Below are positions 32,391-42,352 of a DNA stretch of 64,000 nt, in pieces. The notes beneath the pieces are model-generated. The model did not search any database. It had not been told where the DNA came from and was given only the letters and a program-made list of their open reading frames with translations. The DNA comes from Deinococcales bacterium (lineage in GTDB: Bacteria > Deinococcota > Deinococci > Deinococcales > JAAFIG01): contig JANNVX010000067.1 of assembly GCA_031414595.1 (NCBI GenBank), positions 23,102 through 87,101 of the forward strand. Direction: 5' to 3'. The translations under genes were made by a program, and so were the position numbers. Every line of letters begins with the position of its first letter. The stretch's first letter is position 1.

Positions 32391-35348
32391 GTGTCCGAAT
32401 CCGTAGAAACCTTAAAGCAGTGCTTACAAGATTTGCCTTTGGGAAATCCCAGTTGTGCTTTGGCGTTGACAGCCGAAGCTGGCGCAGGCAAGTCTTTTGC
32501 GGTGGCAGCCTTAATGCGTGAGTTACCGTATGGTTCAATGGTTGTCCATGCCGAAATTAGCCTTAGAGATTTACCAAAGATGCTGCCTTCTCGAGCAACA
32601 CAAAAAATACCCGTACCAGATGGCGTGGTGACATCGTTGCTGAATCACTTAAATCTGCTGAGTCCGTTTGTTTTATGGGTCGAAGATTTTCATCAAGCCA
32701 GTCCCGAACAGCAACAAATCTGGTTGGCACTCTCGAGCGCGATTATTCAAACCAAAGGGCTGGCATTGTTATTTACAACAAGGGTGGCAATGACTGCGCC
32801 TGTACAGACCTTTTTTCTCGAGCCACTTTCACCGATTCAATTAAAGTCTTTACTGGAAACCGAAGCAGGCTCGATTATCCCCGAAGCCGCGATTATCTGG
32901 ATTGAAAAGCAAACCCAAGGCAATCCGCTTTTTTCCTTGGAGTATTTTAAGTGGTTAGCACGGCTGGGTTTTTTACGCAGTGATGGTCAATTTTGGCGTT
33001 GGCGTGAACCAGAGCATCGGGTTTTGCCATCAAAGTTAGACGCGCTGATAGAACAAGCCCTGATGCCCGCTTTGGTTTCTGAGCAGCAGGCGCATGTCTT
33101 GCTGGCGGCGGCATTGCTGGGTTCAAAAGTGGATTTATCGGTTTTGTCGCAAGTCACACAAAAAAGCCAAACCGAACTTAAAGAAATTTTTTTGAGACTC
33201 GAGCGATTTGGGGTTTTTAGACGTGGACAATTTGCCCATTCTCTGTACAAAGAGGTACTGCTGAACAATCCAAACATCAAAAATCGTGAATTGATAATAA
33301 AGCAAGTGCTGACTTTTTTAGCCAAGCATAATCCAATAGAAGCCACCCAAATGATGCGCTATGCCAAGTTAAACCCGACCGAACAAGGCTATTATTTTGA
33401 ACAAGCCATTACCTTTGCCCTCAACTTGCCAGACCCTGTGTTAGCGGCTCGGTTGCGCCGCAAAAGCATCGAATTTGTGGATCGTTTAGCCCAAGTTCCC
33501 TTGTTGCTCGAGTCAGCCTTGTGGTTGCAACCGTATCAGCTTTCCGAAGCCTTAGAGATCACCGATTTACTGTTATCACTCGAGCCGCTCAACACGGCTA
33601 ATTTGCGTCTGCGGGTGATTTTATTGGCAAAACTAGGGCGCACAACCGAGGCACAGGGGATGCTACACAGCTTGCCTTTGAAGGGGCTTAACGACTTAAT
33701 AGAACTCGAGGTTCTGGTGTTGTACCGAGGCTGCCAGTATACAAAACTGCTTGAACTCTGGCGGGTTGGCTTAGCTGCACAAGTTATTTTGCCCGCACCT
33801 TTGGCTCGAGCCGTGGCAATTGCGTTACTTTATGATTCAGAATTTGAAAAAGCCCAGCAAATTATGAGCAGAACCTCGAGCCTAACAGGTTTTGACCGAT
33901 TGGACATCTTGTTTGCCGAATTGTATCTTCCATTTACAAAGCATGACTTTGTAACCACAATCAGGGCTTGCACCGATTTTTTAGGGCAACTCGAGCCGTA
34001 CCGCAATGCCACCTTTGAATGGATTGACTTGTTGTGCGGCACATTGCATTTACGAGCTTTGGCGTACAGCGCCCTTGGTCAACCGCTCGCTGCAATTGCG
34101 GACACCACAAAAAATTTGGGCTACCTTAAACAACTTGGTCTTTTGGTTATCTATGCCCAAAGAAAGGCAGAATTGGCGTTGTACCAACTCGAGGCTGGCG
34201 AAAGCGGTTTGGCAGCCACCAACTTATTTGAAGCCAGTGAAACTTTGGATTACTCGAGCGAGCCAGTCCAGAATTGCTTTTATCATCAAACTCGAGCCAT
34301 CTATTACTTGGGCTTAGAAGATCAAAAAGCCTTGCAGATTGCCCGTTTAGCACTTCGTCATGCCCAAGAAACCGAAGAACCAAATCACATCAATCAGGCA
34401 AAACAGACCTTGGCACTGATTGAAGCCAGCCTTGGCTCTGGCGCAAAAGCCTTGGATTTAGTCTCCCAACTCGAGCCGCCACCAAGACTGACCAAAGCCA
34501 TTGCTTTGAAGCGCTTAGGGCAACCTACCGAGGCAATAGAACTACTCGAGCAAGCAGGCAACGAACCGACTGGACGTATGCAGCTTGAATTGGCTCATCT
34601 TAAAAATGACTTTGCTTTTGCCCAGAAACTCTTATTGCAATTTAATCAAAACCACCAAGGGCAACTGATTAAACTGCACCAAAAATACTTTCCTCATTCC
34701 AGCCGCCCTAAAAAACCTGCGCTGCGCGTACTGGGCGATATTTACTGGCACGATGCGCCCTTGGGTGAACGTGGACGCAAAGCCCTAGAATTATTGGTCT
34801 ACTTACTCGAGGCTCGGGTAGAAAAACAGCCAGTCGTGACTTTAGAAGAATTATTCAGGGTGCTTTATCCAAATCATCAGCCCGCCGAAGCCAAAGCCGC
34901 CCTAAAACAATTGGTTTACCGAATGCGGAGTTTTCTGGGTGCAGAAACGATTTTGCACCTTGGTGATGGCTATGCTTTAGGTGCGTTTGAAACTGACCTC
35001 GAGCTATTTTTAGAACATCCACAACCCGAATTACTTTTAGGCAATTACATCAATGACCTTGGAACAGACCACCCCTCGAGCTTGCGCCAAGTTTTAACAG
35101 AAAAAATCCAGACCTTACTATCCGAAATGATGCAGCACAACCACCCTGAAACAGTCCGAATTGCCCGAATTTTACTCGAGATGAACAGCCCAGACCAAAA
35201 AAATCTAACCCTGATTCTTAAAGCTGTTCAACACGCCAAAGACCCTGTAGCAGCGATTCAAATTTATGCCCATGCCAAACAAAAACTCGAGGAAATGGGC
35301 GAGGATTTACCCGACTCTTGGCAAAAATACTTACAAGCCCAAGGCTAA
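32391..35348 (+). CDS. Second STAND-type ATPase/TPR/C-terminal winged helix-BTAD regulator (paralogue of 25977-29138)
   Basis: AEAGAGKS, WVEDFH, QGNPLF, LKQLVYRMR..GDGYAL; TAGAAT 7 nt before GTG 32391. Confidence 0.8.
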   Translation: MSESVETLKQCLQDLPLGNPSCALALTAEAGAGKSFAVAALMRELPYGSMVVHAEISLRDLPKMLPSRATQKIPVPDGVVTSLLNHLNLLSPFVLWVEDFHQASPEQQQIWLALSSAIIQTKGLALLFTTRVAMTAPVQTFFLEPLSPIQLKSLLETEAGSIIPEAAIIWIEKQTQGNPLFSLEYFKWLARLGFLRSDGQFWRWREPEHRVLPSKLDALIEQALMPALVSEQQAHVLLAAALLGSKVDLSVLSQVTQKSQTELKEIFLRLERFGVFRRGQFAHSLYKEVLLNNPNIKNRELIIKQVLTFLAKHNPIEATQMMRYAKLNPTEQGYYFEQAITFALNLPDPVLAARLRRKSIEFVDRLAQVPLLLESALWLQPYQLSEALEITDLLLSLEPLNTANLRLRVILLAKLGRTTEAQGMLHSLPLKGLNDLIELEVLVLYRGCQYTKLLELWRVGLAAQVILPAPLARAVAIALLYDSEFEKAQQIMSRTSSLTGFDRLDILFAELYLPFTKHDFVTTIRACTDFLGQLEPYRNATFEWIDLLCGTLHLRALAYSALGQPLAAIADTTKNLGYLKQLGLLVIYAQRKAELALYQLEAGESGLAATNLFEASETLDYSSEPVQNCFYHQTRAIYYLGLEDQKALQIARLALRHAQETEEPNHINQAKQTLALIEASLGSGAKALDLVSQLEPPPRLTKAIALKRLGQPTEAIELLEQAGNEPTGRMQLELAHLKNDFAFAQKLLLQFNQNHQGQLIKLHQKYFPHSSRPKKPALRVLGDIYWHDAPLGERGRKALELLVYLLEARVEKQPVVTLEELFRVLYPNHQPAEAKAALKQLVYRMRSFLGAETILHLGDGYALGAFETDLELFLEHPQPELLLGNYINDLGTDHPSSLRQVLTEKIQTLLSEMMQHNHPETVRIARILLEMNSPDQKNLTLILKAVQHAKDPVAAIQIYAHAKQKLEEMGEDLPDSWQKYLQAQG

Positions 35349-35350
35349 AC

Positions 35351-35383
35351 GTTACAGCCTCGTTACCAGTCCTAGCGCAAGCT
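35351..35383 (+). promoter_or_regulatory. GTTAC-N6-GTTAC box plus -10-like hexamer (CAAGCT)
   Basis: gttacagcctcgttacc identical over 17 bp to the 31511-31527 box. Confidence 0.75.
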
Positions 35384-35407
35384 GTTGGAGAAAGGAAAGG
35401 AGCGAGT

Positions 35408-35536
35408 ATGAAAAAACGGTTTTGGCTTCTGGCATTGCTGGTTGCAGCACTAATCACCGCTTGTCCAAGTCCTCCACCAGCCGTGGCTGATGGCACTTGG
35501 GGAGAATCAAATTGGGGACAGGCTAACTGGAGGTAA
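35408..35536 (+). CDS. 42-aa lipopeptide with WGxxxWGxxxW tail
   Basis: AAGGAG SD; MKKRFWLLALLVAALITAC lipobox; stop 2 nt before the next ATG. Confidence 0.75.
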   Translation: MKKRFWLLALLVAALITACPSPPPAVADGTWGESNWGQANWR

Positions 35537-35538
35537 TT

Positions 35539-36432
35539 ATGAAAAACATTGTAAAGAACTGGGCAATTGGATTTGGGATAGGAATTTCTGGACTTGGCGT
35601 AGCTGCCGTGACACTGCCACACACTTTTTTACCAGGAACACCGATTAAATCGGCGGACATGAACGCCCAATTTTTAGAAATCAGCAAAGCCATTAACAGC
35701 CTCGAGACCCAACTCAATACAGTCAAAGGTTCGGTTACGACCCTCGAGACAGGTAAGCAAAAACGAGTTACTGGAACGTGTACCATCGGCTCGAGTATCC
35801 GCACCATAGATGCCGAAGGTAATGTCGAATGCGAACTGGACGATATTGGCGGCAATGGCGGTAGTTTCTCGGCAGGCGCGGGTTTGAATTTTACAAATAA
35901 TGTTTTTTCGGTAGCCGATGCTGGAATTACCACTTCTAAATTAGCCGACAGTAGTGTCAATGCCGCTAAAATTGCCGATGAACCAGCCGTTGCCCAAAGC
36001 ATAGACACCGATGGTCACGGCACAATGGCACAAGGGCAAATTATTATTCTCGAGCAAGTCACGGTTCAAGCTCCAGCCAATGGTTTTGTACTGGTGATTG
36101 GTTCAACCCAAGTCGGTATTGTTGCCACCACCAATTCATTCCCAGCCGCCGCTTTTGGAGTTTCTAAATCACCAACCAGCATGGATAACGAACAAGTAAA
36201 GTTTGTATCTGCCCCACCAGTCGCTGCCAATGCCAACAATAATTCGGTTTTCCAAACGGTCTCGAATCAAAAAATCTTTGCGGTCAATGCAGGGGCAAAC
36301 ACCTTTTATTTACTAGGAAGCCGTCAAGTGAGTACCCCTGTCAGCAGTAAAAAAGAAACTTTGTCGGCTGTTTTTATCCCCTCGAGTATGGGAACAGTTG
36401 AAGAAATTGACCTCGGCACGCCACCGATTTAA
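35539..36432 (+). CDS. Secreted fibre-like protein
   Basis: Signal-like N-terminus, LPHTFLPGTPIKSADMNAQF, coiled coil, ITTSKLADSSVNAAKIAD repeats, beta-rich head. Confidence 0.7.
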   Translation: MKNIVKNWAIGFGIGISGLGVAAVTLPHTFLPGTPIKSADMNAQFLEISKAINSLETQLNTVKGSVTTLETGKQKRVTGTCTIGSSIRTIDAEGNVECELDDIGGNGGSFSAGAGLNFTNNVFSVADAGITTSKLADSSVNAAKIADEPAVAQSIDTDGHGTMAQGQIIILEQVTVQAPANGFVLVIGSTQVGIVATTNSFPAAAFGVSKSPTSMDNEQVKFVSAPPVAANANNNSVFQTVSNQKIFAVNAGANTFYLLGSRQVSTPVSSKKETLSAVFIPSSMGTVEEIDLGTPPI

Positions 36433-36478
36433 GTATCTCACACCTCCATTTTAGAATCTTCAAAATGCGGCAATTCTG

Positions 36479-36517
36479 TTCTTGCTTATAAGATAGCACC
36501 TCACGGGCTATTCGCGC
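36479..36517 (-). mobile_element. 39-bp GCG...CAAGAA micro-element copy
   Basis: gcgcgaatagcccgtgaggtgctatcttataagcaagaa, 35/39 identical to 1387-1425; lies between 12-bp inverted repeats 36433-36444 and 36525-36536. Confidence 0.75.
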
Positions 36518-36647
36518 TCATTTCGGTGTGAGATACGCCTAAATTGCCTCGGTATAAAACGACTCGAGCAACCCCAGTTTTTTCTCATGGGTATGAACCC
36601 ACGCCATCAGTTCAATATAATCCAACAGCAACGATAGGAGGTACATT

Positions 36648-37409
36648 ATGAAACGGTACTTATTCCCACTTGGCTTCTTGCTGATAATTGGTTGTGCGCC
36701 CGCCAACAGCACCACTAGCGCCCCAACAGTGATAAAAGGTTCAGGTGACATTACAAGTACCATCGAACAATACCGTCAATTGCTTGGCGGTATAGATAAC
36801 AACGGAGAACCAGGCTCGAGAAGCACAGGATACCGAGAAATAAACTGGGATAGCTTGCCCAACGAACTGTCAGCTCCCAATTTTTACACCCCAGATTTCT
36901 TTAATGCCTCCACAGCCCCTCGAGCCAGAGGCGCAGTTCTCAGTACCCCAGGAAAAGGTTTAATGGTTAGCGCCAGCAATAACAATCCGACTGGCACATT
37001 GCCAAGATTTGGAAACATCAACCCAACCTATGTCAATAGTTTTAAGACCTTTAGCAGCGAACGCTTATTTTCACCAATTGGTAGTAACATTGCCGAAATT
37101 CGTTTTTATGTACCAGGAACAAATACCCCAGCCGCCGTGCAAGGTTTTGGGGCGGTTTACACTGATGTGGACACTGACCATACTGCCTTTGAGTATTTTG
37201 ATATTAAAGGTAATCTACTCGGTTCTTTTGCAACGCCAATTGCCGACAATGGACTATCGTTTCTAGGTGTAGTTTTTAAGCAAGCAATTGTTCATAAAGT
37301 ACGAATTCAGTATGGTACTGCCGCATTAGGAGCGGATGACAGTCTAAGCAATGATGTTGCAGTTATGGATAATTTTGTCTACGGCGAACCAAAAGCCATT
37401 CAGCCATAA
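36648..37409 (+). CDS. Hypothetical lipoprotein
   Basis: Lipobox IIGC; REINWD and VMDNFVYGEP motifs; AGGAGG SD. Confidence 0.75.
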   Translation: MKRYLFPLGFLLIIGCAPANSTTSAPTVIKGSGDITSTIEQYRQLLGGIDNNGEPGSRSTGYREINWDSLPNELSAPNFYTPDFFNASTAPRARGAVLSTPGKGLMVSASNNNPTGTLPRFGNINPTYVNSFKTFSSERLFSPIGSNIAEIRFYVPGTNTPAAVQGFGAVYTDVDTDHTAFEYFDIKGNLLGSFATPIADNGLSFLGVVFKQAIVHKVRIQYGTAALGADDSLSNDVAVMDNFVYGEPKAIQP

Positions 37410-37464
37410 CATGAAGATGTTCCCCTTGAAAATCTGCTCGAGAGGTCTTGGCATTATAATTCAA

Positions 37465-38091
37465 TCAAGCCATCAATGACAAAGAACCCGTCACGGCTGC
37501 CAGAATTTTTTCATGGATTACATCGGCGGTTTGGGTTGCATCCAAAACCAAGAAACGTTCTGGTTCGGCTCTGGCTAACTCGAGAAACCCAGCCCTGACT
37601 TTTTGATGAAACCCCAAATCAGCTTGCTCGAGTCGGTCTGGAGTACCAACTCTAGCAGCCCGTTCTAAGCCCAGTTTCGGCTCGAGGTCAAGCAGTACGG
37701 TTACATGTGGGCGAAGTCCGCCCGTGGCTTCCCAAGTCACTTCACGCAGAAAATCCAGGTTTAAGCCCCGCCCAAAACCTTGATAGGCAAGGCTCGAGTC
37801 AAAGAATCGGTCACAAATCACCACATAATTACCAGCTAAATTTGGCACGATGATGTCTCTACAAAGTTGCGCTCTGGAAGCACTGAACAGTAAAAATTCA
37901 GATAAAGCTGTAATCTCGAGGTCTGGATTGAGCAAAGCCGCCCGCACTGCATCACCCAGAGGTGTTCCACCCGGTTCTCGAGTCAGTAGCACCGCATAAC
38001 CCGCCCGTTCTAAGGCAGCTTTTAAGAGTTTGGTTTGGGTGCTTTTGCCAGCCCCTTCAGGTCCTTCAAATGTAATAAAAACACCGGGCAT
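37465..38091 (-). CDS. tmk: Thymidylate kinase
   Basis: FITFEGPEGAGKSTQ, TREPGG, CDRFFDSSLAYQG. Confidence 0.97.
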   Translation of the reverse strand: MPGVFITFEGPEGAGKSTQTKLLKAALERAGYAVLLTREPGGTPLGDAVRAALLNPDLEITALSEFLLFSASRAQLCRDIIVPNLAGNYVVICDRFFDSSLAYQGFGRGLNLDFLREVTWEATGGLRPHVTVLLDLEPKLGLERAARVGTPDRLEQADLGFHQKVRAGFLELARAEPERFLVLDATQTADVIHEKILAAVTGSLSLMA

Positions 38092-38179
38092 GTTGTCCTT
38101 TTTGTGCAGCGCAAAAAGATACCACACAGGCAAGTGTAACGTTTCGTTTTTGGATAAACCATGTCAGAATGAAAATGTT

Positions 38180-39442
38180 ATGCGCTTTATTTTTTATGTC
38201 CTGATACTTTCTTTGTTGGCTTGCAGCAAAAGCGGTCAAACTGTGGTTTTGCAACCAGCCCCTATTGAGAACACGGCGGTACTCGCCAGTACAGTCACCA
38301 CTAAAGTCGTGACTGTTTCGAGCCAGACTGTACCTGAACCTGTGAAAGCCTCACCTGCGCTGTTTAACGCGGCTGGATGCGCTATACCGCTAACGCCAAC
38401 CCAATTTATTAAACCGCCAGCCGTTCCTAAAGGCATCACTGGTAGAGTTGGTTTATTCGTCGGACGTTTTAGCCGTGGCACAAAAGAATTTACGTTAGAA
38501 CAAGCCACTTGGCAAAATCCCCAAGGGCAATATCCCTTGGCAAGCAATTTCAAAACCAGTGTTTTATTTGAAGTGTTGCGTGGTGTGGACAGTGGCAAAA
38601 TTAAACTCGAGGAGCGTTTTAATGTCACCAAAGGCAACCAGAGTTACGGGCGTTATCCTTATGACAACACCCTACTTTTGAATCTGGGGATGGCAATGAT
38701 TTCATGGTCGGACAACACCGCCACTGATATTTTATTTCGGCGCGTGGGTTTGGACGCACTGCAACCCTCAGCCCAACGCTTAGGGCTTTGTAATACCCGT
38801 TTACTATTACCGACCAAAACATGGTGGACTGCCCAAGCTGGACTTGGCGGGGCGGACTTTCCCAAATATAGTTTGGTGGCTGCCACCAAACGCTTTGCCC
38901 AAGCACCCTATGAGACACAATTGGCACTGGCAGAACGCCTAGACCAAAAAGCCCTAAACACCAATGCCGAAACGCTACGCCGATTCCTTGACCAAGGTTA
39001 CTTTGCTGGGCGCAATGGTGGCGTAGAAACCATGAGTCAAATAGACCGCAACCTGCAAAATGCCAGTACCCCACACGAATGGGCAAGATTTATGTGGAAT
39101 GCTTTTGTGAGTTATGACCTAAGCACCTTTGGTCAAAAAAAGTTTAGAGAAATTATGTCCCACGGCAAGGGACGCAGTTATATCCGTGTACCATTCAAGT
39201 ATTACGGCGGTAAAAGCGGCAACACCGCCAGAATCCTGACCTATTCGGGGTTTCTCGAGACGCTATCTGGGGATAAAGTCATTTATGTCTACATGAACGA
39301 CTCAAGCCAAAATCTAATCACTCGAGATGAAACCAACTTGGCGTTTAATTACATCAATGCGGCGCTTAAAAAAGTCATTCGTCCAAGCGATTTGGTACGT
39401 CCTAAACCCATAAAATTAGAGAAGCCCAAAGCTAAGAAGTAA
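38180..39442 (+). CDS. Class A beta-lactamase-fold serine hydrolase, lipoprotein
   Basis: Lipobox LLAC; SNFK, SDN and KSG motifs. Confidence 0.85.
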   Translation: MRFIFYVLILSLLACSKSGQTVVLQPAPIENTAVLASTVTTKVVTVSSQTVPEPVKASPALFNAAGCAIPLTPTQFIKPPAVPKGITGRVGLFVGRFSRGTKEFTLEQATWQNPQGQYPLASNFKTSVLFEVLRGVDSGKIKLEERFNVTKGNQSYGRYPYDNTLLLNLGMAMISWSDNTATDILFRRVGLDALQPSAQRLGLCNTRLLLPTKTWWTAQAGLGGADFPKYSLVAATKRFAQAPYETQLALAERLDQKALNTNAETLRRFLDQGYFAGRNGGVETMSQIDRNLQNASTPHEWARFMWNAFVSYDLSTFGQKKFREIMSHGKGRSYIRVPFKYYGGKSGNTARILTYSGFLETLSGDKVIYVYMNDSSQNLITRDETNLAFNYINAALKKVIRPSDLVRPKPIKLEKPKAKK

Positions 39443-39460
39443 TTGTCGTATACTAAATCC

Positions 39461-39748
39461 ATGCTTGCATACAAAGCGATGTTCAAATTTTTAGAAAATC
39501 AAATCCATGCCGAGGTGTTGGATTTTCCAGGGGTAGTTACTTGTGCTGTAACTCTGACAGAAGCTCGGCGTTTACTCAGCAGTGCTTTGGTAGATATGGC
39601 AGATATTGCTTTACAGCAAGGCGAAGCGTTGCCATTGCCTAATCCTTTGTTGACGGACTTTGAAGCAGACCTTGAAGAACCAATTTACTTACTTCTCGAG
39701 TCAGCTTCTGTGGTCACACACAGCGCAACGGTGTATGAAACGGCGTGA
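39461..39748 (+). CDS. hicB: HicB-family antitoxin
   Basis: AEVLDFPGVVTC..TLTEARR..AL; TATACT 6 nt before ATG. Confidence 0.8.
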   Translation: MLAYKAMFKFLENQIHAEVLDFPGVVTCAVTLTEARRLLSSALVDMADIALQQGEALPLPNPLLTDFEADLEEPIYLLLESASVVTHSATVYETA

Positions 39749-39923
39749 TTTACTGCTGCATTTGGCGGCGGCTGGTTGTGAATTACTGCGTGAAGGCTCA
39801 GAGCATTCTATTTGGTGGAGTCCAAGCACGAAGATGCGGACAAGTATTCCTCGTCATCGTGAAATCAATGACTTCACCGCCGCAAAAATTTGTTTACAAC
39901 TGGGAATTGAAATTCTAAAGTAA
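39735..39923 (+). CDS. hicA: HicA-family toxin
   Basis: MKRRDLL, LLREGSEHSIW, IPRHREI, ICLQLGI. Confidence 0.88.
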   Translation: MKRRDLLLHLAAAGCELLREGSEHSIWWSPSTKMRTSIPRHREINDFTAAKICLQLGIEILK

Positions 39924-39924
39924 A

Positions 39925-41556
39925 TCAAACTCGAATAAGCTCGGAATTCTTCGCCACATCCCTAGCACTGCGCCGCCCAAACTGATGTGCCAAATCTCGT
40001 TCCGAGAGTTTTAGTGCCGTTGGTCTGCCATGCGGACACGCCCACGGCACACGACAAGCCCGCAAGGTCTCGAGCAGTGCCGTTGCATCGGCTTTCTCGA
40101 GTTTATGCCCAGCTTTAATGGCAGGCAAGCACGCCATTCGCGCCAGAAAATCGCGCCGAGCATCGGGGGCATTTAAGGCTCGGGATAGCACATCCACCAC
40201 CGTCTCGAGACGAATGCCAATAAAGGCACTGGGAATACTGGCGATGCGGTGCAGTCCGCCGCCGAAGTTCTCGAAGGTAAAACCCCAAGTGATGAGTTCT
40301 TGGCGTTTGGTCTCGAGAGACAGTTCCATGTCGGGCGGCAGGGTCAGCAATTCTGGTTTGGGTAACTCGAGGGTATGGGCGGTTTCAAAACTGTTTTCGA
40401 GTTCTTCAAAAATAATTCGTTCATGGGCAGCGTGTTGGTCGAGTAACCATAAATCGCCGTCGGTACTCTCGGCAAGTAAATAAGTATCGCGGTATGTGCC
40501 AATCAAACGCAATTCTGGGAAACTTGAACGAATGGCTTGTGGAGCTTGAACAATCCGAGGTTCTGGTACACTTGGCGCAAGCGGTTGGGCGTTTAGCACT
40601 TGGGCAATTGCCGCTTCTACAACTTTTTCGACCTGTTTAGCCTCGAGCAGTGCCACCCGTAATTTGCCCGGATGGGCATTCTGATTGACCAATTCTGGCG
40701 GCACAACAATGTTTAAGACCATACTCGGGGCGTGGTTTTTTGGCAGCAAGGTACTGAAGGCTTTAAGCACCGCATTCTCGATATTGGTCTCGAGTTCAAC
40801 AGGACGGTTGTTAATCGCTACGTGCATTCGGTCGGTGCGTGGACGTGCCAATTCTGGACGGGTAATCACCCCAGAAACCTGCACATTGTCTTGTTCAAAG
40901 TCAAGGTTCAGTAATCGGTTAGCGGTCATTGCACCGTAGACTGTGGCGACTGCCTCACGAAAATGGCTTGGTGTGTGGTTTAAGCGCACATCCGCTTCGA
41001 TTGTTACGCGCCAAGCCACAGCAGGGTGATGCAGCACATAACGCTGTACCAGATTTAAGACCCGCCGCGTCTCGAGGGCAGGGCTTTCTAAACCCGCTTT
41101 ACGGGCTGGAAAACGGGCAAATAAATCCCTTATGTCCACGGTTGTCCCCGAAGCAGAGGTGACTTTTTCTAAGCTGCGTTCACCATCTAGGACACTGAGT
41201 CTCGAGCCGCCAAGTTGATTTTTAGGACGGGTGGTCAGCACCACATTCGCCGCAAACGCCATGCTCCATAGTGCCTCACCACGAAAACCAAGGGTGCTAA
41301 TGGTTTCTATCGTCTCGAGTTTTGAAGTTGCAAAACGCTCCATTGCCAATTCGACTTCTTGGGCGGGGATACCAAAACCATCGTCCGTCACCCGAATTAA
41401 ATCCAGTCCAGCCCCTCGCAAGGTTACTTCGATACGGGTTGCCCCAGCATCGAGTGCGTTCTCGAGCAGTTCCTTGACCGCATCGGCTGGTCTGGCAATA
41501 ATTTCACCCGCCGCAATTTCACGACGCAAAGACTCTGGTAAAACTCGAATCGTCAC
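39925..41556 (-). CDS. mutL: DNA mismatch repair protein MutL
   Basis: IAAGE, KELLENALDAGA, TLGFRGEAL, DQHAAHER, CPHGRP. Confidence 0.96.
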   Translation of the reverse strand: MTIRVLPESLRREIAAGEIIARPADAVKELLENALDAGATRIEVTLRGAGLDLIRVTDDGFGIPAQEVELAMERFATSKLETIETISTLGFRGEALWSMAFAANVVLTTRPKNQLGGSRLSVLDGERSLEKVTSASGTTVDIRDLFARFPARKAGLESPALETRRVLNLVQRYVLHHPAVAWRVTIEADVRLNHTPSHFREAVATVYGAMTANRLLNLDFEQDNVQVSGVITRPELARPRTDRMHVAINNRPVELETNIENAVLKAFSTLLPKNHAPSMVLNIVVPPELVNQNAHPGKLRVALLEAKQVEKVVEAAIAQVLNAQPLAPSVPEPRIVQAPQAIRSSFPELRLIGTYRDTYLLAESTDGDLWLLDQHAAHERIIFEELENSFETAHTLELPKPELLTLPPDMELSLETKRQELITWGFTFENFGGGLHRIASIPSAFIGIRLETVVDVLSRALNAPDARRDFLARMACLPAIKAGHKLEKADATALLETLRACRVPWACPHGRPTALKLSERDLAHQFGRRSARDVAKNSELIRV

Positions 41557-41675
41557 AAACGTATTCTAGCCCATGCAAAAATTTGACGTTGCTGTGACGA
41601 TAGACATGCTAGACTTTGTATCGAACCTGACATACTAAGCTATTTTAAAGCATAGGTATGTGGTTACGGAGGATT

Positions 41676-42299
41676 ATGAAAAAAGTAGCACTTTTAGGAG
41701 CCGCTCTCGGATTAAGCGCAGTTTTCGCAGGGTGTGGACTGATTCCACCCATCAAAGTTGATAATCCACTCGGATTGAGCGGCGCAGTATTAAGCGCACC
41801 ACTTTCTGCGACAGGTGCATCGGTTCGCCCACAAGTGGCTGGACAGGGTAACGCCACCGTCAGTGCAACCTTTGCCGACTTGACCACCGCTATTCCATTC
41901 ACACCATCTTCATTCAATGTCCAATTGGCAATTACCAGTGCTACAATCTCGGCTGGCTGCCTTGCTGCGGCAAACGCCACCAGCATTGCTGTAACCGTCT
42001 CAAACATGACCGTTGCTGTTAGTGATTCAACATCTGCCACACCTGCTGTGGTTCGCAGTGTGACTGCAACCATTCCAACCTTTACCTTTAACATCACCCC
42101 TGCTGGTGTGGTCAGCGGTTTGAATGCAGCAAATCTATTGTTCGCCATTCCAAACCTGACTACAGCAATGACAATCATCCAGACTGCACCAACCCCAAAT
42201 AGTGTCAAAGTTGATGCCACTGTTGCCACCAGTCCAGCCTTGAGTGGTTGTACTTTAGGTGTTACCTTTGGTGCTGGTAGCGGCGAAATCAAGCTCTAA
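41676..42299 (+). CDS. Ala/Thr/Ser-rich hypothetical lipoprotein
   Basis: GGAGG SD, lipobox FAGC. Confidence 0.8.
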   Translation: MKKVALLGAALGLSAVFAGCGLIPPIKVDNPLGLSGAVLSAPLSATGASVRPQVAGQGNATVSATFADLTTAIPFTPSSFNVQLAITSATISAGCLAAANATSIAVTVSNMTVAVSDSTSATPAVVRSVTATIPTFTFNITPAGVVSGLNAANLLFAIPNLTTAMTIIQTAPTPNSVKVDATVATSPALSGCTLGVTFGAGSGEIKL

Positions 42300-42316
42300 A
42301 GAAATAGTTAATCTAA

Positions 42317-42352
42317 AACCCCTCGAGACTGCTCGAGGGGTTAAACTTTTTT
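42317..42352 (+). terminator. Terminator-like hairpin built from two CTCGAG sites
   Basis: aacccctcgag-actg-ctcgaggggtt followed by aaactttttt. Confidence 0.65.

Noticed and set aside
25977-35348. Avs-type antiphage STAND system
   Set aside because: No nuclease, TIR, SIR2 or protease effector is visible; the C-terminal winged helix-BTAD and matching promoter boxes point to transcriptional regulation.
38180-39442. True beta-lactamase resistance gene
   Set aside because: SxxK, SDN and KSG show the fold only; the long insertions and size fit a generic serine hydrolase or penicillin-binding protein.
41645-42292. 215-aa minus-strand ORF
   Set aside because: Antisense shadow of the lipoprotein gene, which has an SD and a lipobox.
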